This document shows, piece by piece, positions 57,291 through 64,000 of a stretch of 64,000 nucleotides of DNA. The notes under the pieces are model-generated. The model saw nothing but the letters and a program-made list of their open reading frames with translations, did no database searches and had not been told where the DNA came from. Both the position numbers and the translations under genes were made by a program. Where the stretch lies: the sequence record OQ992562.1; one strand, given 5' to 3'. How positions within the stretch are numbered: the first letter of the stretch is position 1; each line of letters starts with the position of its first letter.

Positions 57291-57823
57291 TGCATCCACT
57301 TCTTTATAGACAACAAGAAATGCAGCGGATAAATGATGCTAATAACATAACTCCAGGTCAACAAGGAATGACGAGTTTCGTAGTTATTAACATCAGTGAT
57401 ATCTGGCCCATTGTTAATAAAATGGCTGATGTAGTTGTCAATAAATCTTACAATACCCCTTACCCATATACTGAACACCAGTCTATAGAACAATTATGGT
57501 ATCAGGCAATTAATTCATATATTGAATTTCTAGCGCAACAGCCTACTCAACCAATTATAGGGGTTGACTATTATTTACAAGAATACTTTCCATCGGTAGC
57601 ACCTGTGATTATGCAAGATAAATATGCATTGAGTATTCTTAATATGTGGTTTGCAGCTGTGTGTAAAACACTGGCTAGTAAACTACAATCTGAAATAGCG
57701 TATCTTTATCAGAATGGATATGGTGTAGAAAGAATCCAATCAATAGCAGTTGATCAACATAATCAAGGTTATATTCTAGAAGGTGAAGACTTTGGTATGG
57801 ACTGTTACAATGATGTGGATTAA
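57287..57823 (+). CDS. Hypothetical protein, 178 aa, array member
   Basis: GAGGT RBS; ATGA overlap. Confidence 0.75.
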   Translation: MMHPLLYRQQEMQRINDANNITPGQQGMTSFVVINISDIWPIVNKMADVVVNKSYNTPYPYTEHQSIEQLWYQAINSYIEFLAQQPTQPIIGVDYYLQEYFPSVAPVIMQDKYALSILNMWFAAVCKTLASKLQSEIAYLYQNGYGVERIQSIAVDQHNQGYILEGEDFGMDCYNDVD

Positions 57824-57895
57824 GTGACACATATTAACAATTGACGTAAATAGGAAAGCCTATCGGTTCACATAGGCTTCCTACTAGGAACCGAT

Positions 57896-58279
57896 ATGGA
57901 AAAACGAGTATTTATCGTATTTAAATCTAAAGAGTCAGAAATATATTCGCAACATTTGCTTCGTGAATATACAAAACGAATGATATATCCAGATTGTCCA
58001 ACACCACTTGATTTATTTGAAGAATCACGTAAGTTAAGTTATATGGATACGCTTAATAATGACATATATATCCATATGCTGATGTATGGACATGACTCAT
58101 TTGATGATCCTGACGAAGATATTGAGTTAGAGAATTATTCTACTAAAGGATATGTTATTGAATATTGTACCGACTTTATCAATAGCTTTAAAGAAAAATA
58201 TCCAAATGGACATGTATTAATTACAGTGCCAATGGATACAAAAGGTCTGTTTGGTGTAGTTGTATTACTAGATGAGTAA
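57896..58279 (+). CDS. Hypothetical protein, 127 aa, array member
   Basis: TAGGA RBS. Confidence 0.75.
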   Translation: MEKRVFIVFKSKESEIYSQHLLREYTKRMIYPDCPTPLDLFEESRKLSYMDTLNNDIYIHMLMYGHDSFDDPDEDIELENYSTKGYVIEYCTDFINSFKEKYPNGHVLITVPMDTKGLFGVVVLLDE

Positions 58280-58304
58280 TACCCTATGTAACCAACTATT
58301 TTAG

Positions 58305-58730
<426 letters not shown>

Positions 58731-58930
58731 CTATAAAGGAGCCATAATGGCTCCTTTTATGTTGTATTATTTTTACTTGCTTACATCATCTAATGTGAAT
58801 GTAAGTTGATGTGCTACCTCTCAATTTAGGGTGCCCGTATAGGGTACCCATTCTTTCCTTTTCTTTTTTAGTTAAAGAGAGAGAAATCATTCACTATAAT
58901 TAAAAATAAGTATACTGAGAGATATGTGAA

Positions 58931-61126
58931 ATGACCGCATTTGCCCAACCAAATCCGTTTTTAAAAGATGTCAATGATTACCATCGTGATATTGATATCA
59001 TTAATGCATGTCTTGATGATAATGCCAAATATCTTCAATTAATGACAAAAGATGAATTAAATATTAGTTTAGAAGAATGTAAAGAATTTGTTAAAGAACA
59101 ATTACGTCAAAATGGCGAATATGCACTTCGTAACCCAGTAGCAACTATCCTAGATAAAAATAAGTTTGGTGATAGGGAATTAAAGACTGTTTCATTTATG
59201 GCTTTCCTTAACCGTGTTAAGAAACAGAATCTATTATTATCTCCATCAATGACCGCATATTTACCAGAGTCTGTTAGACAGTCGACGCACTCCATCTATA
59301 TTGCTGAAGGTGTGAAAAACCGTAAGCGTGTTAAAGGTGAGCAGATGCAGGCTGAACGTGAAGCAGCTGCTTTCCTACAGGCCGGCGATAAAGAGAATTC
59401 ACAAATTAAAACAGAACTTGCACAAGTACGTAAAGGTGAACAAGAAAACTTCAAAATTAACAATAACTCATATTCAGGAGGTACGGTATCTGCTGCCACT
59501 ATTCTTTATTATAAGTCCACACACTCTAGTTTAACATCTACTTGTAGAACTGGTACCTCTTATGCTAACTCAAATAATGAAAAATTCATTATGGGTAATA
59601 GGCATTATTATACTCCGGAAATCACAAAAGCTAATTTAGTAAATATTATTAATGTAGCTGATATGGAGTTAATTCAAAAAGCAGTAACTAATTTTAATCT
59701 ACATTGCCCAACGCCAGAAGAAGTAGTTGATATGGTTCTTTATTCAACTAAACACTATTGGCAAAATAAGTATTACACGGCACAGATTTTAAAACTAGCT
59801 ACTGGGATGACACCAGTCGAACGAGCAGCAGTTATGTATGTAGGTGATCTATATCACTTATATAAATACAATAAAGAATTAATCAAGAGCTTTCTAATTA
59901 AATTAAGCCAGGTTGGAACAAAAGAACAAATCATCACTGAAGAAGAATATTCAACTTATGATGGTGATATGGATCTTTTGGCTAGCTTTATTTGCTTTGA
60001 TACTGTTAAAGGTCGATCTAAAGCTAAACTAAAAGAATCTGATCCAGATACACTGAATCAAATTTTTGCAACTGGTCGAAATATCGCTGAAACTCTTAAT
60101 GAATATCGTCTATTGATTGAAGCTTTCTTCTTGACTAAATGTGTACCATCAAGTATCCATGCTTTTCCAACGGTATATAGGCGAGCTGCTGTTATTTCAG
60201 ATACTGACTCCACTATGTTTACATTACAATGGTGGGTTGAGGAATTCTTTGGTAAAGTAACTTTTAGCAATGAAGCTAAACGACTAGTATTTGCACTAGT
60301 GTTTCTAGTATCTGAAGTAGTTATGCATATCTTAGCGATTCAATCCGCTAATATGGGTGTATCTAAAGATAAGCTTCGTCTATTTGCAATGAAGAACGAA
60401 TTTTATTTCGCAGTACTGGCCTTAACTACTCGTTCTAAACATTACTTTGCATCACAGGATGCCCAAGAAGGGGTGATGTTTAATGAATCTCGGATGGAGA
60501 TTAAAGGCGTGGGGCTAAGGGATAGTAAAGTACCTAAGAAGATTAATAGTCGTGCTAAAAAACTCATGGAAGATATTATTAAGACGGTAAAGGCTGAAGA
60601 GAAAATCGACTTAGCTTCAATTCTAAAAGAAGCCGGTAATATCGAAAGAGAAATTATTGAGTCTGTTAGAAGTGGTAAAGCCGAGTATCTTACAAGTGGT
60701 CAAACTAAACGACCTGAATCTTATAAATCTGAAGATAACTCAACTCATAAAAAGGGATTGGTGTGGAAGACTGTATTTGCTCCGTCATTTGGTGAAGCTG
60801 GTGATCCACCTTATTCGCATGTAAAGATCTCAGTTACTCTTAATAATAAAACTGCGATCAAAGAATGGATTGATGGTATCGAAGATAAGAAATTAGCTGC
60901 TCGTATTCAAGCATGGGTTACTGAAGAAAATAAAACCAGTATTGGTGATTTCCATATTCCTAGTACAGTAGTAGAAACTGGTCGTATTCCAGAAGTTATT
61001 ACGCGTGTTGCTGACGTTAGAACAATCATTGGAAACACTATGGGTGTATTCTATCTAACCTTAGAGTCCCTAGGTATTTTCCTTATTGATAAAAATAACG
61101 ATCGACTCATCTCTGACTTCTATTAA
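58931..61126 (+). CDS. Family B DNA polymerase, polymerase subunit (phiKZ gp50-like, split PolB), 731 aa
   Basis: KINNNSYSG (motif B-like), VISDTDS (motif C), KHY and EIKG motifs; no exonuclease motifs seen. Confidence 0.88.
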   Translation: MTAFAQPNPFLKDVNDYHRDIDIINACLDDNAKYLQLMTKDELNISLEECKEFVKEQLRQNGEYALRNPVATILDKNKFGDRELKTVSFMAFLNRVKKQNLLLSPSMTAYLPESVRQSTHSIYIAEGVKNRKRVKGEQMQAEREAAAFLQAGDKENSQIKTELAQVRKGEQENFKINNNSYSGGTVSAATILYYKSTHSSLTSTCRTGTSYANSNNEKFIMGNRHYYTPEITKANLVNIINVADMELIQKAVTNFNLHCPTPEEVVDMVLYSTKHYWQNKYYTAQILKLATGMTPVERAAVMYVGDLYHLYKYNKELIKSFLIKLSQVGTKEQIITEEEYSTYDGDMDLLASFICFDTVKGRSKAKLKESDPDTLNQIFATGRNIAETLNEYRLLIEAFFLTKCVPSSIHAFPTVYRRAAVISDTDSTMFTLQWWVEEFFGKVTFSNEAKRLVFALVFLVSEVVMHILAIQSANMGVSKDKLRLFAMKNEFYFAVLALTTRSKHYFASQDAQEGVMFNESRMEIKGVGLRDSKVPKKINSRAKKLMEDIIKTVKAEEKIDLASILKEAGNIEREIIESVRSGKAEYLTSGQTKRPESYKSEDNSTHKKGLVWKTVFAPSFGEAGDPPYSHVKISVTLNNKTAIKEWIDGIEDKKLAARIQAWVTEENKTSIGDFHIPSTVVETGRIPEVITRVADVRTIIGNTMGVFYLTLESLGIFLIDKNNDRLISDFY

Positions 61127-61223
61127 GAAATATAGCCTCCCCTAGTGGGAGGCTTATATACTAAAAAATAATTAAGATTTATATAGTCTGATTGCCAATT
61201 ACTAACTTAATATGGTTCAATAT

Positions 61224-61401
61224 AATGACAAATCATACCGAATTTAATTTTGACTTAGATCGGATGAAGAAGGCAATTAACAGTGGTACTATCACATTAC
61301 CAACCGCTCCACCTGGGTTAACTCGTGAAGAAAAACGAGCATTTATCCGAAGTTATATTAAAGACAAATTAAAAGAGGTAACTAATGATGAAAGAGAATA
61401 A
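61224..61401 (+). CDS. Hypothetical protein, about 58 aa (likely start MTNHTEF)
   Basis: Overlaps the start of the next gene; start uncertain. Confidence 0.5.
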
Positions 61402-62107
61402 AGAAGTCCGCGTAATTACCTGGAATGATTATAGTAAATTAGTAAATGATAATCGTATTAGGATCCATGGATTAGCACCTGATGATTCCACCAAAGCAAC
61501 AGCCTATGTTCTTTTGGATGACGGTAGTGAAGAATTAGTATATGTAACTTATACCAACGAATTAAAAGAAGTTGATGTTACTACTGAAACAACTGCAATT
61601 ACTAGTGATAAAAGTTCACTAGATGATGTTCAACCAATTGGTTTAATTACCTCTAGTAACGAACCACCAAAGTTAATGAGTCTAAATGACTATATTGATG
61701 AATTCAATTGGCACTCAAGTGCTGACAACGATTACAATAATGTCTCACTTGAATTAATGTTAAATACCCATCATACAACTCTTTGGGAATGTGATAATAT
61801 CCTGGTAAAAGACGTAACTATTAAACAAGCTCTTAAAGAAGGTGTTGATAAACAACTTATTAATACCGATAGTTCATTTGATGAACTAGTTACTCATCTA
61901 AGATTGACTGCTAAAGCTATTATGGACCCATTAGATGAAATGGATAATGGAGTTAAAAGCAGTGACCAAGCTGTAGTTGATCAATTACTAAATCATGACC
62001 GCAAGCCAGGTAAGTTTAGTAATAAAATGCTATTACCAGCTATCCCAGGAATTAACCGAGCTGAACGTAGAAAATTACTTTCTAAAATGAAGAAAGGTAA
62101 TTTCTAA
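61385..62107 (+). CDS. Hypothetical protein, 240 aa
   Basis: GAGGT RBS. Confidence 0.75.
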   Translation: MMKENKEVRVITWNDYSKLVNDNRIRIHGLAPDDSTKATAYVLLDDGSEELVYVTYTNELKEVDVTTETTAITSDKSSLDDVQPIGLITSSNEPPKLMSLNDYIDEFNWHSSADNDYNNVSLELMLNTHHTTLWECDNILVKDVTIKQALKEGVDKQLINTDSSFDELVTHLRLTAKAIMDPLDEMDNGVKSSDQAVVDQLLNHDRKPGKFSNKMLLPAIPGINRAERRKLLSKMKKGNF

Positions 62108-62115
62108 TAAAACGG

Positions 62116-62150
62116 CATATAACCCCCTCCAATTTAGGAGGGGGTTTATG
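62116..62150. terminator. CATA...TATG family hairpin, convergent genes
   Basis: CATATAA-CCCCCTCC-aattta-GGAGGGGG-TTTATG. Confidence 0.75.
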
Positions 62151-63242
62151 TCACATTTCTTTTCTTTTAAGTGCATCTATCATCCAATCAACTTGTGCCT
62201 GTTGAGCTTTTACAAACTCACTATTTGCTTGTTGCTTAAATGCTTGATCATTAGATGCTTCTATAAGATCAATTAATACAGTGTTAACAGAAGATTGATC
62301 ATAACCAGTATTCTTTAAAAGCTGCCCTACAAGATACTTAATGAAGGGTGTGCGAGCCAATACATAAGCCCATTCATTATTCCTGTTAATAGGTTCTCGT
62401 GGGAGCCGCATCATATCGAACAAATTAGATTGTACGATAGCTGGTGTTATCCATGATAAACCTTCCATGTCTACACCTTTTAATATGGATTCTCTATTGA
62501 TAGTTGTACATAGTTTATCAATACGTGGATTCATATCAGTGATGTAAAATGGATGCGGTATAGGGAATGTTGGATTTTTAATATCTAAAGCATTCCTTGC
62601 TAACCTATTAAAGAAAGAAATATCTAAATAAGAGTCAACCATATTTGGCAATACAAATGATCCTATAAACCTATAAGTGTCTTCTACTTCATCAGGATTC
62701 TTCTCAACTTGCCATCGATACCAGTAACGGTACATCACAAGAAGCATTGGTATATTTACTAGAGTTACACCATAGCCTCTACCCTGTGTGGTATTGTTCA
62801 TGATAGGTAAATTAGTATCAGTACGTGTATGATACAGATACGTAACAGGGGAAAGTTTATACCATGTTTTATTTAGATCTTTTAGATCAAAGCTCTCTGA
62901 TGTGGATACTAGAACTTCTTCAGTTTGAGGACCAAGTGTAACACCACCTACATGAACCTTACCTTTATTTAAAGATGATGTAATACCAAATGAACGAATA
63001 ATAGCACGTGAACGATCGTCCACGTTCTTTATAAAAGTAGCATCATCACTTAGTAACTCTACGTTAAAATGTCGAATCATTTGTGCTAATATGTTTTTAG
63101 ATTCAACATACTTCGGTGCCCGTCTATAATAACTTTTAACGTCCCTAATTTGCTCAGCGTAGATTCGTCGGATATAATGGATGTTAGGATCAACCACCTG
63201 CCCCAATTTACGTGACGGAGCATTCTTAAATAAATTATACAT
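62151..63242 (-). CDS. Conserved virion-associated protein (gp52-like), 363 aa
   Basis: Synteny between the polymerase and the expected chmA. Confidence 0.7.
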   Translation of the reverse strand: MYNLFKNAPSRKLGQVVDPNIHYIRRIYAEQIRDVKSYYRRAPKYVESKNILAQMIRHFNVELLSDDATFIKNVDDRSRAIIRSFGITSSLNKGKVHVGGVTLGPQTEEVLVSTSESFDLKDLNKTWYKLSPVTYLYHTRTDTNLPIMNNTTQGRGYGVTLVNIPMLLVMYRYWYRWQVEKNPDEVEDTYRFIGSFVLPNMVDSYLDISFFNRLARNALDIKNPTFPIPHPFYITDMNPRIDKLCTTINRESILKGVDMEGLSWITPAIVQSNLFDMMRLPREPINRNNEWAYVLARTPFIKYLVGQLLKNTGYDQSSVNTVLIDLIEASNDQAFKQQANSEFVKAQQAQVDWMIDALKRKEM

Positions 63243-63323
63243 GGTTATTATCCGATTAAAAATTAATTGAGATCTATATCATAGTTTGGTAACAACAGTA
63301 GTAATTACAAATAGGAATATACA

Positions 63324-63689
63324 ATGGCTAAAAATAATGTTGAAGACCCGCCACTATATTTAGGTAATAACAAAGATCTTACCGTATACATGACTAGCAA
63401 AGAAATTGTAGTTAACTTTTTCAATGTAGAGCGTAGAGTTAAGATAAATCCTAATGACCCCAATCCATTAGCAACTGCTACTAAACTCCATGAGGAATTA
63501 GTTAAGCTATTAGTCGCGCATCGATTTGGTAGTGTAGTTAAAGTAAATGAAACATCTGCTTCAGCACATTCACCATTTGTTGCTAAATTTGACACAACTG
63601 ATAATAATAAAGTTGATCCAGTTAGTAAACTATACAAACTGTACCATTCTCTTTTTGGAACAGTTCGTAAATATATGCAAAGTAAATGA
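63324..63689 (+). CDS. Hypothetical protein (gp53-like), 121 aa
   Basis: TAGGA RBS; TATATCAT motif upstream. Confidence 0.75.
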   Translation: MAKNNVEDPPLYLGNNKDLTVYMTSKEIVVNFFNVERRVKINPNDPNPLATATKLHEELVKLLVAHRFGSVVKVNETSASAHSPFVAKFDTTDNNKVDPVSKLYKLYHSLFGTVRKYMQSK

Positions 63690-63812
63690 TAACTGCATTT
63701 TATAAAAATACTGATAGTTATTATTTAATACAGGACTGACGTAAATTAGTTTCTGGATTCAAACTTTATACCCATAAACTCAAAAAAGAAGATATGGAAA
63801 TTGTAAAATGAA

Positions 63813-63928
63813 AAATAAATAATACTCAGATTGTAATAATATGTAGTGAACATAGTGTTCGTTACGATCTGCTGATAGCAGATTATAGCGTCTATGTTGT
63901 AATGAAAAAAATTTGAGATTTATATTAC
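63813..63928 (+). promoter_or_regulatory. Stacked middle-type (63817-63845) and early (TATATTAC, 63921-63928) promoters for the gene beyond the window edge
   Basis: Both motifs read directly; the downstream gene is expected to be chmA by synteny. Confidence 0.6.
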
Positions 63929-64000
63929 TAAATTGAATCTAGTATACTAAGTACTTAGGTTCTTCTTGATCAAGAAACCATAATCGTAAAGGTATTTAAA

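Overview
A 64 kb segment of an AT-rich Pseudomonas jumbo phage of the phiKZ type (Phikzvirus, nucleus-forming Chimalliviridae). By gene order and protein sizes as I recall them, it covers roughly phiKZ ORFs ~285-306 and then 1-53. From left to right it contains: (i) a tRNA region with seven CCA-ending tRNAs (Thr, Asn twice and identical, Asp, CAU/Ile2-like, Pro, Leu) mixed with accessory genes; (ii) a gp303-like head protein, a glycine-zipper protein and class Ia nrdB/nrdA; (iii) DHFR and a GC-richer early region of many small, often membrane, ORFs behind repeated TATATTAC promoter cassettes; (iv) the large terminase, baseplate-region genes, tail sheath (split here by one extra base) and tail tube; (v) Dip, PhuZ tubulin, a CX5R phosphatase, an array of short related ORFs, the PolB polymerase subunit and a gp52-like protein. 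The window ends just before the expected chmA. The best unexplained signals are a ~150-nt candidate sRNA with C-rich anti-Shine-Dalgarno loops (10072-10224), a paired G-run/CT-tract element in front of the PhuZ and polymerase regions, a sequence-conserved hairpin family bounded by CATA...TATG, and a two-gene cassette between identical tRNA-Asn copies. All phiKZ gene-number assignments come from memory and synteny, not from a database search.
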